A DNA stretch of 64,000 bases. It comes from a virus. Shown here one piece after another: positions 9,220-19,365 of this stretch. Positions within the stretch are counted from its first letter, which is position 1; every line of letters starts with the position of its first letter. Under the pieces are notes generated by a model. The model was not told the origin of the DNA. It ran no database searches and saw only the letters and a list, made by a program, of their open reading frames with translations. The position numbers were made by a program, and so were the translations under genes. The DNA lies in the IMG/VR virus record IMGVR_UViG_3300025141_000042, positions 1-64,000 of that record. One strand, 5' to 3'.

Positions 9220-11153
9220 TTCTTTTTGCTCTCGATAATGATGTTTATTTTTCTCTTTTTGGATTCTGTTACTTTCTTTTCTGGTTCTTTCTCTTGAACC
9301 TTATTGATTGCGCCGATAATCTCTCTTATGTTCTTTTTGAACCTTTCTGGGTATTCGTTCATTAGTTTCATGACACGATAGTTCATTTCCGCTTCTCGGT
9401 CGTTCTGGTCATAGTTGGTGTTTTTGACAGTAAGTTTAACCCCCGGTCCTCCTCCAGAAGGACCGGATTTAGCAGAAGCACCCAGACTCGGTATTTGCCC
9501 AGGATCATACACATTCCCTATGTGGAGATCTCGTGCCGGATCAATGACCAGTTGAGCGAACTCAGATTCACCCCCTTTCTCTATCCCAGGAAGTTCTAAT
9601 TGCTTCTTGAGACTTTTTTGTATGTCTATCGCTGTACGATTTATGACATCAACAACTGGAGAATAATACGGGCGAGACAATCTTTGGGATGTTAAGATTA
9701 TCTTTGTTCCTGGCACAATAAAATCATATTCCAACTCTTCACCAACATAGGTTACAGCAACATTGTCCCATTTCCAAAGGCCTTTTTCCTCTTCTAATTG
9801 ATCGCTTACTTTGTCGATGAATGAGGGGGGAAGTATATCTCGATCTATGAACTCCCTTCTAATAAGTTCGGTGAGTTCAGCATTCTTATCATCAATCTCT
9901 ACTTCAACATCGTTAGCAAATGATTCATATTCCTCTGGTGAGCTTATTCCCATATCGGGTCTTATTCCGACTTTTAGATACATACTTTGAGTACCGTGAC
10001 CATCACTCCTCCAATCCCAATGAACCATGTTTTCAGCATCGTAGGTATCAAAACTTAAGTATATGTCGTCTTTGATAGCATTATATACCATATCGCCAAT
10101 CTCGTCAATTCTTTTGAATATAACATCGTCGTCGAAGTTCCCGTGAACCATAAAGCGAGTAGTAGCATCAGCATATATCGACTGGATTTCATCATCGATT
10201 TGTGCTCCTATCTCCGTCATATCCATTCGACGATTTGCCTCTGCTGTTATTTCTGTTACTTGCTCTTCCCACCCATTATCTGGGAGATTATTGCTTAGGT
10301 GATCCTCTATCTGCCTCATGATTCTATTCATTTTTTCTGTTGAGGTGGTTTCTTCCATTTGAGCATCCGCTCCATCATACCCAACTTCGTTATCTTCGGC
10401 ATCATAGAATTCATCAAAGGATCCTCCGGCATTTCCAACCCAGGCAACTTTTGATAAAGGATCATTATCATCAGCTGATGGATCGTAGGGTTTCCTAGTT
10501 TTATCTATTACAAAATAGAAAGCTTTTCCTTCCTTCGTGTAAGAATCAAAATAGTTTTGTGTGTCTTTGGCGGAAATACACCACTGGGTTCCTACACCAT
10601 AATAACAAGAGGCATGTGTCGATAGGGGGCGAATGACCATAAACTCTTCGTCGTCATAAATCACGTCAGACTCTGATTTTGCTTGTTTTGATGCTTTTCC
10701 TTTATCCTCTTTCTCTCTTTTTGCTCTCAGCATCGCCACCGTCGCCGTCTCAATATCGGATTCTAGTGTTTCAATATCTGTCCAAGAATTTAGATCTTTT
10801 GATAGTGGTTCACCATTGGCATCCCTCCAGGCTGCTGCCTTTTTAGAGAGGTTGTGGAAATCAAGTATCATATCGCCCATTCTAAGCACTTTACGAGCCA
10901 TAACTCTGGCAACAGAATCACGACTTAAACTTTGATCATCAAAACCGCCCTCCATATATGCTATCTCCATCTGTTTCATTGCCCAGTTGATATATTTGTG
11001 ATTGCCGGATGGATCTCTGTCTTCTAGAGCATCAACTATCTTAGATAGGATGGGATCGTCCTTGTATTTTGCCTTCATTGCTTTTAGATCCGCCATCGCC
11101 TCTTCTAGGCAATCAGATACGGTATGATTTGGTTTGATCGTAATCTTAATCAC
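9216..11153 (-). CDS. Large protein with PcfJ-like segment, class-C leader MIKITIK..CLEE
   Basis: VIRPLSTHASCYYGVGTQWCISA..YFDSY..FYFVIDK. Confidence 0.7.
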   Translation of the reverse strand: MIKITIKPNHTVSDCLEEAMADLKAMKAKYKDDPILSKIVDALEDRDPSGNHKYINWAMKQMEIAYMEGGFDDQSLSRDSVARVMARKVLRMGDMILDFHNLSKKAAAWRDANGEPLSKDLNSWTDIETLESDIETATVAMLRAKREKEDKGKASKQAKSESDVIYDDEEFMVIRPLSTHASCYYGVGTQWCISAKDTQNYFDSYTKEGKAFYFVIDKTRKPYDPSADDNDPLSKVAWVGNAGGSFDEFYDAEDNEVGYDGADAQMEETTSTEKMNRIMRQIEDHLSNNLPDNGWEEQVTEITAEANRRMDMTEIGAQIDDEIQSIYADATTRFMVHGNFDDDVIFKRIDEIGDMVYNAIKDDIYLSFDTYDAENMVHWDWRSDGHGTQSMYLKVGIRPDMGISSPEEYESFANDVEVEIDDKNAELTELIRREFIDRDILPPSFIDKVSDQLEEEKGLWKWDNVAVTYVGEELEYDFIVPGTKIILTSQRLSRPYYSPVVDVINRTAIDIQKSLKKQLELPGIEKGGESEFAQLVIDPARDLHIGNVYDPGQIPSLGASAKSGPSGGGPGVKLTVKNTNYDQNDREAEMNYRVMKLMNEYPERFKKNIREIIGAINKVQEKEPEKKVTESKKRKINIIIESKKK

Positions 11154-12330
11154 TCTTAATTCTCCCTTCCAGATGTTTAACTAATTCAGAAACACTCTTA
11201 AGTTTGTTTTGCTTCATATACGAGGTGAACCTCTGCAAATAAGGTCGCAAGTGTGGTCTCGACCTTGCTCCTAGGAATTCCGTTGCGAAGACACTGGGTG
11301 CCTCATAATTATACCGCGTGAGGCGCTCTATGATGTCATCAATGTCTTGTTCTGTGACTATTATCTGTCCCTCCAGAAACTTTCGCTTTATTTCCTTCTT
11401 CATGGGATCTTCGTAAGTTGGTGGTTCTGTCTCATGAAATCCCGGCGTCTTTGACCACTCGTATAAATCAGTCTTAACAGCAATCATATCATCTCTGCGC
11501 GGATAACCTTCCGAGGAGAGTTCGCCCTGCTCCAACATGCCAAGAACCTCCGCAAGACCTGGGAGGAGCGAGTAAGTTGTCGCATTTCGCAGTTTAACGT
11601 GGAAAGCATCGCGCTCTTCTCCCCTAAAGGTAGTCTTTGCAGGATCCACGCCGGCTTCTTTTCTTATCTTCTCAAGTTCGTCATAGGTTACTGCCGATAA
11701 TTGCTTGTTCATGTAAAACTCGTTTTCTTTCTCTTCTGTGGGTATTATTTTAAGCGGGATACCGTGAGACTGTGCGAACTCGCTTACCTCTTTTAGATCT
11801 CGGAGATCTGGATACCTAATGCTCTGGTTGGGGATGTATTCGTATTTCGTCATTTTCCCGGCACCGATGGCATCAATCATGCTATCCACATCAGTCGCCC
11901 TTCCTTTGAAGATGGGGAGATAGACAACAATCTCTTTAATATAGTCAGAGGCGCTCTCTATCCACGCTTCGTCTGTCACTATCCGGTCTTCCATCTCCGA
12001 TTTGCCACCGCTAGTCCTATCCCTCCAGTAATCAAGTGGGGTGCCGGCATACTTCTGACCCAGTTTCCTGCCGTCCAAAGTAAATCGCACCTTCCCATCC
12101 TTGGTTAGGGGATACCCTTCCTTGAAGGCGAGCGGGGATCTGGCTGTGGAGAGGAAGTAGAACTTCCCCTTGTTTCCAATTTCGTCTGAATCACTACCAA
12201 ACGTGCCAGAGGTCATAATACGATTGGTCTTGGCGATATCTGCCATCCTGCCCAGACTGGTACCGTGATAAACAATGTTGCTTATGCCTTCGGTCATATA
12301 TCTTCGCCAGCTTTCTAAAATAAGTTTCAT
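11146..12330 (-). CDS. ADP-ribosyltransferase-like protein, class-A leader MKLILESWRRYMTE
   Basis: VYHGTS..FLSTARS..FTLDG..EMEDR resembles the H-S-E ART core. Confidence 0.6.
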   Translation of the reverse strand: MKLILESWRRYMTEGISNIVYHGTSLGRMADIAKTNRIMTSGTFGSDSDEIGNKGKFYFLSTARSPLAFKEGYPLTKDGKVRFTLDGRKLGQKYAGTPLDYWRDRTSGGKSEMEDRIVTDEAWIESASDYIKEIVVYLPIFKGRATDVDSMIDAIGAGKMTKYEYIPNQSIRYPDLRDLKEVSEFAQSHGIPLKIIPTEEKENEFYMNKQLSAVTYDELEKIRKEAGVDPAKTTFRGEERDAFHVKLRNATTYSLLPGLAEVLGMLEQGELSSEGYPRRDDMIAVKTDLYEWSKTPGFHETEPPTYEDPMKKEIKRKFLEGQIIVTEQDIDDIIERLTRYNYEAPSVFATEFLGARSRPHLRPYLQRFTSYMKQNKLKSVSELVKHLEGRIKSD

Positions 12331-12366
12331 ATTTCCATACCATGGTCATTATAACATTTTTTAATG

Positions 12367-13146
12367 CTATCTTTCACTCTCTTCAAGACTCAGTAGGTCA
12401 TCATATGCCTTCAACTTAAGATCATTCAATTTTTCCAAGTAGCCATTTCTCCGAAGAACTTTAAAAGCAAGATTCTCGACCGAAAACTCACCTCCCTTTT
12501 CGAGTCCGCACTTTCGCATTTTTCCAAGTTTTTTCTTCAGAGAAATGACCGAATCGTATGTATTTCCTGGATTTCTTTCAGAATTTTGCTCGATTTCATC
12601 AATCTCTTCCATTAATTTAGCTGCTTTTGTCTTAATATCGTCTTTTTCGAGGGTAACTTGCAGTTTGTTCGGTTTTTTAACCCATTTGTCGTCTAAAATG
12701 GAGTAGATCCCGGAGGAGACATGTGGTTCGTTGGAATCTTGGGCATAAATCTCGACTTCGTGGTCGCCAATGTTGATATCGTGTGTTTTGTTCCACTCAA
12801 ACTTTGCTTTATCAAACATTTTCTTCACTAAGTCAGTATTTTCATCAATTTTCGAAAAATCCAACAAGATATGAAGATCGACATCGGAGAATTTGCTCCA
12901 ATTATAGTTAGCACCGCTACCGGTGATTATAATATCATCAATTAGGGAGTTCTTGACGTCTAAACTATCAAGAAAGTCTTCTGCAATCTTTTTTAGGTTC
13001 TTTTTTACGTCTTTTTTGATAAAATCGTCATCTTGCCAGACATCGGGACTCAACTCTTCCTTGACTTCGAAACTAGAGAGGTCAATTCTGTCGGGATCCA
13101 CCCTTTCAGAAATAAAAATTTTCCATTTTTTACTTGAGTAAAACAT
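12367..13146 (-). CDS. DNA polymerase beta-superfamily nucleotidyltransferase
   Basis: ITGSGANYNWSKFSDVDLH (GS..DxD); VEIYAQD. Confidence 0.85.
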   Translation of the reverse strand: MFYSSKKWKIFISERVDPDRIDLSSFEVKEELSPDVWQDDDFIKKDVKKNLKKIAEDFLDSLDVKNSLIDDIIITGSGANYNWSKFSDVDLHILLDFSKIDENTDLVKKMFDKAKFEWNKTHDINIGDHEVEIYAQDSNEPHVSSGIYSILDDKWVKKPNKLQVTLEKDDIKTKAAKLMEEIDEIEQNSERNPGNTYDSVISLKKKLGKMRKCGLEKGGEFSVENLAFKVLRRNGYLEKLNDLKLKAYDDLLSLEESER

Positions 13147-13200
13147 ACGCCAATAAATAGTTACCAAAAAGTGCTTTTTAGCACCTGTATGCATCAAATA

Positions 13201-13395
13201 TTATGCTTTTGGCGCGCAATCGTGAATCTTTTTTCTTATTTTTGTTAATTCTGAGGTTAACAAAATAAGTTTTCTTAATCTTGCTGCTGTCGGCACGTTA
13301 TTCTGCATGTCTTCCTTGGCTGCATCGTACTCTTTCTTTATCCTTCGATATTCTAAACTATCGTAGGTTAGAAGATCGACATTTATCTCTTTCAT
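13201..13395 (-). CDS. Small hypothetical protein
   Basis: ATGA overlap with the upstream gene. Confidence 0.55.
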   Translation of the reverse strand: MKEINVDLLTYDSLEYRRIKKEYDAAKEDMQNNVPTAARLRKLILLTSELTKIRKKIHDCAPKA

Positions 13396-14075
13396 TTGCA
13401 TCCCCCACAATCGCAATCACAATCCTCGTAACCCGTAAGGTCCATAATTCCACAAGTAAAATCACCTTCTTCTAGGAGAGTATAGGTAAACTTATTACCA
13501 TAGAATTCTGCACTTGCTTCGCAAAGTTCCATCATTTTATAGAAGTCATCGGCATTCTGGAGGACTTGGCAACCTGCACTATAAGAATTGACGAGTTCGG
13601 TCGAACCTTTGGATGATGCCCTGTGAATATTTATACCAAAGAATCCCATTTCTGATTTGGAAGTATCAAAGTCTAGCGTGGAGTCTCTATTGTTATCTCT
13701 CCACACCGAAACAGGAGCTCCAGATTGGCGAAGTGCGGTATACATGCCATTATGTAAATCAATTTTGTGAGAACCTCTGTATTGACCAGGCACCAGGATA
13801 GCAGTACCTTTCTTATTGACAGGTTTCACTAGAGTCGTCCTGCCTGGGTCTGTCGTTGCTGGCGCACAGAACACCTCCCACTCTTTCTCTGCGTTCCTAT
13901 ATATAACACAAATATTATCATCGAACTGATTTGAGTCGGTCGTATTCTTTCTAATACCTATAATGTTGAGGTTTAGTGTCAAGTTTGAATCGAAAAATGT
14001 ATATTTTTTTCTTTTCATGGCATCTTTGACTTGATTGACAAACATTTCTGCCACCACATTCTTTATAATAGTCAT
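13392..14075 (-). CDS. L,D-transpeptidase-like (YkuD-type His/Cys) protein, putative lysin
   Basis: GINIHRA-x11-SAGCQV catalytic-type motif; ATTDPG; PGQY. Confidence 0.65.
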   Translation of the reverse strand: MTIIKNVVAEMFVNQVKDAMKRKKYTFFDSNLTLNLNIIGIRKNTTDSNQFDDNICVIYRNAEKEWEVFCAPATTDPGRTTLVKPVNKKGTAILVPGQYRGSHKIDLHNGMYTALRQSGAPVSVWRDNNRDSTLDFDTSKSEMGFFGINIHRASSKGSTELVNSYSAGCQVLQNADDFYKMMELCEASAEFYGNKFTYTLLEEGDFTCGIMDLTGYEDCDCDCGGCK

Positions 14076-14305
14076 TTTAACTTCTCCTCCGAGAATGGAA
14101 CTAGGTTACCGAGAGGTGTCCTTATGGAAACTTGTAGTGTCGGTATATACACCTTGGCAACTTTCAGGGTCTTGCGAACTTCTAATATGACACAAGGAAT
14201 TAATGGCCAAGATTCCGTAATAGCTTCCAGTTTCCAAAATCTCTCTGCGGATGTGGCGAATCCCCATTCGTGCTTGGCAATTTCAAGCACATCGCAGTAC
14301 GCCAA
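14072..14305 (-). CDS. Small hypothetical protein
   Basis: ATGA overlap with the downstream gene. Confidence 0.5.
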   Translation of the reverse strand: MAYCDVLEIAKHEWGFATSAERFWKLEAITESWPLIPCVILEVRKTLKVAKVYIPTLQVSIRTPLGNLVPFSEEKLK

Positions 14306-14327
14306 ATCTCCAGAGCAATAAATCCCC

Positions 14328-14948
14328 CTATCCCTCCTCGCGTAATTGTGCCTGGAATTCGCCTATGTCAACCTCTTTTGTATCTTCGTCGTCCCAGACA
14401 TTCCAGAGGTTATCATCATCTGCGCCAATTGGATAACTCTCGTTATCATAATAAGAATTTTCATCATACTCATACGAATAATCGTAATCATCTGGATCAT
14501 ATATCACGCCGACGCTATCAGGGTCGCCAGCTGTATATAAACTGACTTTTCTCTTTCCTTGCGGTTTGGGAAGTGGCGCAGTGTCTTCTTTTGGTTGAGA
14601 ACGACCGAAGACATGTCGCAATTGATCGTCTAGGGACTTCTTCTTTTTTGCCTCCCAGGTTTGCAGGTCGTCACATATTTTTTTCATGTGCTCATCACGA
14701 TTAAATATTTCTGAACCGGTCCTCATAAGATGTTTTTCCAGGAACCAATTTTCAGCAAGAGGAGTCCCATCCTCCATATAAGTCCGGACCAAATAATAAG
14801 ATAAACTTGGTTCATTTGGATCTGGTTGTATATCGATAATTTCTGCTTTGTGATTAAGCATATCGTCATGATCTTCATTCCAATAATGCCAACTCTTGTC
14901 CGGTCTTGGCGTGATACATACCCAATCTTTTAATTTAAAAACTGCCAT
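14328..14948 (-). CDS. Hypothetical protein, SH3-like N-terminus and acidic C-terminus
   Basis: SD GAGG; FKLKDWV..AEIIDI..YYLV..WFLE. Confidence 0.7.
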   Translation of the reverse strand: MAVFKLKDWVCITPRPDKSWHYWNEDHDDMLNHKAEIIDIQPDPNEPSLSYYLVRTYMEDGTPLAENWFLEKHLMRTGSEIFNRDEHMKKICDDLQTWEAKKKKSLDDQLRHVFGRSQPKEDTAPLPKPQGKRKVSLYTAGDPDSVGVIYDPDDYDYSYEYDENSYYDNESYPIGADDDNLWNVWDDEDTKEVDIGEFQAQLREEG

Positions 14949-14973
14949 CCCTCTTCCTCTAGGTTCACGAATG

Positions 14974-15228
14974 TTAAAATAGTAAGTAGAATTGCCCCTG
15001 CAAATACCACCTTTTTCCATCCTCTGTTATATTATAATACGGCACAAAGTCTTCGCTCTCCCTTTTTAACCATCTTACCATCATTAGATCCACTTTTTCA
15101 TACAAGGCACCCCCATGTTTCGAGGGGATAATTAGGTCGGTTTGTAATTCCAATACGATGCCTAAATTATCTAGATTTGTGCTGCTGCCTTTAAAAAATT
15201 TAAACTGCACCAAATCTCCTTCCTTCAT
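14974..15228 (-). CDS. Small SH3/KOW-like protein (GDLV family)
   Basis: KEGDLV..LGIVLE..VRWL. Confidence 0.7.
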   Translation of the reverse strand: MKEGDLVQFKFFKGSSTNLDNLGIVLELQTDLIIPSKHGGALYEKVDLMMVRWLKRESEDFVPYYNITEDGKRWYLQGQFYLLF

Positions 15229-15236
15229 AGGGATAA

Positions 15237-15413
15237 TTAGAGGGAACCAGCATCAGCACCCTCCTCTATCTCAGAAAAAAGTCTTTCATAATCTGGAGGA
15301 GAGGCGCCGCAGTGTCCTGGGTGTTGCACAAGGCCTCCGAAGATGGCACCAACTAAAATGCATGCGACTAAAAAAGAAGCGGAGATAGAAATTACTATAG
15401 GATCTTTTTTCAC
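15237..15413 (-). CDS. Small membrane protein
   Basis: GTG start just downstream of a promoter; hydrophobic helix; ends ADAGSL. Confidence 0.55.
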   Translation of the reverse strand: MKKDPIVISISASFLVACILVGAIFGGLVQHPGHCGASPPDYERLFSEIEEGADAGSL

Positions 15414-15420
15414 AATGGTA

Positions 15421-15449
15421 AGTATAGCACAACAAAGGGGATCCGTCAA
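15421..15449 (-). promoter_or_regulatory. sigma70-type promoter
   Basis: TTGACG-17-TATACT with TG extension; GATC in spacer. Confidence 0.75.
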
Positions 15450-15493
15450 GACCCCCCTTTGTTTTACTTAAAATATAAATTCTTATGTATTGC

Positions 15494-16042
15494 TTATGTT
15501 GTCTGCGTCCGCGCCTTTTCAACCGGCGCATCCTCCGCCGGCCCTAGGGAACTCTGTTGGCGCGTTTTTTTACCAACAAGTTTATCAATTTCAGTACCCA
15601 GTCTGGTCAGCAATGTCGAGAAGCTTCCAGTAAGAATATTTCCCGCGGCCGCCGCCTGCGCAAGTTTTGTTTTTAACTGAAGTATTACTATTCGCTCCAT
15701 CGCGGTAATCCCACTTTCTCCCGTTTCCTCTGCGTTTTTGCGTTGTGCTGTTACAGCAGCTCCCTGTGTTATTCCCTTGACCGCTTTATTCATCTTCCGT
15801 TGACTGGATCCTGGGAGATTGAATTCCGTAACCTTCCCTACTTCTTCGCCGATTATTTCTTCAAGTTTCGCACTGGTGAATTGGCCAGGGTTAACCCGCA
15901 CGATCACGGCATCGTTCTCGCTAGCATTAACTGCCTGTTCGGGACTGCCCTCTTCGCACTCGCCCTCATCGAGTTCTTCCTCAACCTTCTTGTCCAATTC
16001 TTCTTTGATTAAATTCCGAAGTAATTCTTCTGTCATCTTCAT
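15494..16042 (-). CDS. Hypothetical protein with class-D leader (LRNLIKEE)
   Basis: Strong SD AGGAGGAG; internal LEEIIGEE repeat of the motif. Confidence 0.8.
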   Translation of the reverse strand: MKMTEELLRNLIKEELDKKVEEELDEGECEEGSPEQAVNASENDAVIVRVNPGQFTSAKLEEIIGEEVGKVTEFNLPGSSQRKMNKAVKGITQGAAVTAQRKNAEETGESGITAMERIVILQLKTKLAQAAAAGNILTGSFSTLLTRLGTEIDKLVGKKTRQQSSLGPAEDAPVEKARTQTT

Positions 16043-16103
16043 TGCAAAATCTCCTCCTGTTAACAATAAATAGTGTTTACGCTGCTTAATTTAGTTTTAT
16101 GGG

Positions 16104-16691
16104 TTAAAAATAATAAATAAGCGACAGATTGGGAATTGGAAAAAGTCCAACAAGTTGTAGGCCGCTAGCATCACCAACACTAATAGATGTCGAAAGAGGG
16201 AGATCGAATGCTAGTCCTATGGTATCCCACAAAATAAATTCAATTCCCAAACCGACACCAAAGTTAGTAAGCATACCATGAACAAATGTGTCAGGTATTG
16301 TTTCGCAGTTCTCTTCAACTTCCAGAACCTCATCCCATTCGCAATATTGCTCTGATGCCTGGTGCGTTCGACTGAAGAACACACCGGTCCCTGCTAACCC
16401 ATACACTCTGGCATGTTTCATACTAGCAAATGTAAGCATGACCTGGAAACCTGCTGAGGCGGCAAGGAAGTCTGTTGGTGTGCCAAAACCGCCTAGAGTG
16501 AGTTGATAACCCAGTCCATAGTATGGAGTGTGGTGCTTAAAACTTAAACCAATCCCTGTAGTGGCGCCAAGAGTCCCTCCAGATCCGAAATAGTTTTTCT
16601 GCAAACTGCTAGCATCGCGGTCGATCTCTAACGTCGTTGCCATGGCAGGAGTTGCCGTTGCAAATAGAATTGCTAATAAGATGTTTTTCAT
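16104..16691 (-). CDS. Putative outer-membrane beta-barrel protein
   Basis: Signal peptide MKNILLAILFATATPAMA; alternating Gly/hydrophobic strands; C-terminal LIYYF (BAM-type terminal Phe). Confidence 0.65.
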   Translation of the reverse strand: MKNILLAILFATATPAMATTLEIDRDASSLQKNYFGSGGTLGATTGIGLSFKHHTPYYGLGYQLTLGGFGTPTDFLAASAGFQVMLTFASMKHARVYGLAGTGVFFSRTHQASEQYCEWDEVLEVEENCETIPDTFVHGMLTNFGVGLGIEFILWDTIGLAFDLPLSTSISVGDASGLQLVGLFPIPNLSLIYYF

Positions 16692-16814
16692 AAAAAAATC
16701 CTCCCGATAAAGGGAGGATAACATATATATAATATTTTTTTTAAGATAAGTTCTAATAATATAGGATACAGTTAAAGAACTCAACTAGCCTATCAAACTT
16801 TGTAAATAAATAAA

Positions 16815-16955
16815 TCATTCTCTCTCCAAATACTTCCCGCGACATTTATTTTTATTGATTTCTTTTTTCTTATTCTTGTGCAAACCACTCTTTCTTGGTT
16901 TACAAAGCATATTCTTGATAATATAATTTCTAGTTTTTTTAGAAGAAGACTTCAT
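16815..16955 (-). CDS. Small basic protein (46 aa, not in ORF track)
   Basis: MKSSSKKTRNYII..SGLHKNKKKE..KCRGK; ATGA overlap. Confidence 0.5.
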   Translation of the reverse strand: MKSSSKKTRNYIIKNMLCKPRKSGLHKNKKKEINKNKCRGKYLERE

Positions 16956-17311
16956 GACCTTCGCCGTTTTCTTACGGGTTTTGTTTTGTCAAGTGCGTCT
17001 ACTGGTGCTGCTTTCTGCTTCGCGCCGGCGATATCGTTCATATGTGCTTTAAAGATTTTAACGAGTTCGTCTTCCAGTGCATGCATTGTTATTTGCAGAT
17101 CATTCTTTAGATTTGAACTAGGTTCCGATGTTGGCGCCTGGGAAAGCTTCCGCTGTGCCTTCGCATGTTCAGGACTACCAACAGGAGGAGGACCGACCCG
17201 TTGTTGTTGGAGCATGCCTCGGATATCCGCCCCTCGCGGAAGATTTTCCAATTCCTTTCGATTCAAGGACGATTCAGAAATAGTTTTTTTGGAAATTTTT
17301 ATCTTTATCAT
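16952..17311 (-). CDS. Hypothetical protein with class-C leader MIKIKISKKTISE
   Basis: ORF track; CTAATTA motif 5 nt upstream. Confidence 0.75.
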   Translation of the reverse strand: MIKIKISKKTISESSLNRKELENLPRGADIRGMLQQQRVGPPPVGSPEHAKAQRKLSQAPTSEPSSNLKNDLQITMHALEDELVKIFKAHMNDIAGAKQKAAPVDALDKTKPVRKRRRS

Positions 17312-17344
17312 ACCAATAATTAGTCCTTAGCATGGTGAAATGCC

Positions 17345-17638
17345 CTATTGCATCTCGCATCTAGTGTGGACCCATCGCCACTCACAGTTATGGAAATAAA
17401 AACACTGCGTTTCGTAGCAATCCTCTCCTATGTACCACTCACAGCAATCTCTGCCCTCATATGTGTCACACCTCTCGGCACGATGGTCATGAGGCACCTC
17501 ATCGCAGTCCTCATCAGAGGTGCCTGACGCTGCCACAGGTTCCCTTCCGTCATCATCGGACTCACTGCCCACGACAACGATGCAGGAGCAGCACACGGTC
17601 AATGACAGGACCACAGCAGTATTGAGTATGTATTTCAT
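17345..17638 (-). CDS. Cys-rich exported or lipoprotein-like protein
   Basis: Hydrophobic N-terminus ending in CCSC; many Cys residues. Confidence 0.65.
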   Translation of the reverse strand: MKYILNTAVVLSLTVCCSCIVVVGSESDDDGREPVAASGTSDEDCDEVPHDHRAERCDTYEGRDCCEWYIGEDCYETQCFYFHNCEWRWVHTRCEMQ

Positions 17639-17653
17639 TGGTGAGAAACCTTT

Positions 17654-18681
17654 CTAATCAGAATCTTCCGGAATATCAGGGATGTCTACCCCAAATTCTT
17701 CTATTACAACGATGGGTCCAGGGAATGCTTCCGCCACTTCTTCATATGTGAGTTCTCCGGATATCAATGCCTCCAAGAGATGCTCTAGAATATCCCGTGG
17801 TATATTGGTTATATCAACGGTTCTCACGGCCCGATTTAGCGGAAACACCTTCCCCATATCTAGATCCTACAACCTTCGCAGAAGGAAAACACAATCAGGG
17901 TACAGATCAGCAAAAGAATTATTTCTCCCCTTACCTGTTTTAGACTACCTAAGACCATTTTCAACATCTTTTTCCCATCCCATGGCGCTCCCACAAAGAA
18001 GTCCGCCATTTTTTTTCGCTTCTGGTGCCTAGGACGCCCCTAATGCCCTTTTCTGCGCACGTTTTTTCGCGGCATTTTTTTCTGCTTTAGACATATTGCT
18101 ATGCTTTTTCCATTTTTGCAACTCTTCTCGCCGCTCATCAGTGCTTTGATATAGGAATTGCTTGCAATTTTTCTCTTCTTCTTGTTTCGTGATCATCTGT
18201 ACTACCTTCATATTAAAGTTGCTTCCTATAGGTAAGAATTCCTGCCAAACCAAGTAAACGCACCGTATGGTTCTCTAACTTCCACCAGGCAGCGCCCACA
18301 ATGCTCTCCGTGTGCCATGGCATACTCTTCTGCCATATGCAGTGCCTCATCGATGGTTTCGGCATGGTCTATCTCTTCCCAACCATTGGTTTCCAGCGGT
18401 GGGTAGCACACGTTAAGAGGATCGTAATGTATCATAATTTTGTAAGACATGTGGGTATACTCCTACTCGTTCTTCCACTCATATAAATAAACATCTCGCT
18501 CGAAATCTCGCGACGAACGATGCACCACGTCTCTCTCTGTGCGTTCCCGCATAAGACCCTCAAGTAAGGTATCGAGAACCTCCTCTCGTAGATGCGCTTC
18601 GTTGTTAATAATATCCTTCGCGGCAAAATTAACAATTGTGCGTCTACTAGCGACGTCGTAATCTCTAAAGTAATGATTCAT
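17654..18681 (-). CDS. Cluster of small hypothetical genes (17654-17857, 18029-~18214, 18226-18450, 18463-18681)
   Basis: Consecutive minus-strand ORFs with SD-like sequences. Confidence 0.6.
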
Positions 18682-18704
18682 GGTATTTTCCTTCTCGTTA
18701 AATG

Positions 18705-18905
18705 TTAGATATCGAATTCGTGAAAAAGTTCAAGTGCTTGCCCATCGTAGGCATATGTATAGAAGTGAACACCATCATTGGTCATCCAGCGTACTCGGTA
18801 ACGAGCCGGCCCGCCTGGTGACTTGCTATCCTCCCTCTCCTCTACAAAACCTATATAATCAATTGCCTTATCTCTCACAAGAGAACCTTCGCGTATATAC
18901 TGCAT
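18705..18905 (-). CDS. Small SH3/KOW-like protein
   Basis: EGSLV..IGFVEE..YRVRW. Confidence 0.7.
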   Translation of the reverse strand: MQYIREGSLVRDKAIDYIGFVEEREDSKSPGGPARYRVRWMTNDGVHFYTYAYDGQALELFHEFDI

Positions 18906-18918
18906 TGGTATACCCTTC

Positions 18919-19095
18919 CTATTCATGTATTAGACCAGCAGACAGCAGGTGTGCTGCTTTGCGGGCATATGAACCCTGTAACTTCCATACCATCCCTGTA
19001 TCCAGTAGTCTCTGGAAGAATGATATCATCTCGTCATATTCCATCTCGCCTTGCTCGAATGACATAATGTCATCAATACTTACGTCGTTTAACAT
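18919..19095 (-). CDS. Small phage protein (58 aa, not in ORF track), paralogue of 23807-24106
   Basis: MLNDVSIDDIMSFEQGEMEYDEMISFFQRLLDTGMVWKLQGSYARKAAHLLSAGLIHE. Confidence 0.75.
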   Translation of the reverse strand: MLNDVSIDDIMSFEQGEMEYDEMISFFQRLLDTGMVWKLQGSYARKAAHLLSAGLIHE

Positions 19096-19101
19096 ATACT
19101 C

Positions 19102-19365
19102 TTATCCTTTCGTTTGCTCAAGTCTTTGCAACTCGAAACCGTAGTTATATTTTCTACGATGACTCTGATGGTTGAACCACAACACTGTGTAGGTTGGTTC
19201 TGTCTCCTGTGGGTCTAAGAACGGGTCCTCCTCGCTTAGAATCATTCCCACCATGTCCTCCGGTCTCCCCTCTCTCAGGTTGATGGCATGCCAATCTCTT
19301 TCATGGAGTTGCACCAAATCACCGGGTTTAAATTTATCTCTATCCAAGTCCATCATCTTCCTCAA
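19102..19365 (-). CDS. Small SH3/KOW-like protein
   Basis: FKPGDLV..VGMIL..YTVLWF. Confidence 0.7.
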   Translation of the reverse strand: MRKMMDLDRDKFKPGDLVQLHERDWHAINLREGRPEDMVGMILSEEDPFLDPQETEPTYTVLWFNHQSHRRKYNYGFELQRLEQTKG

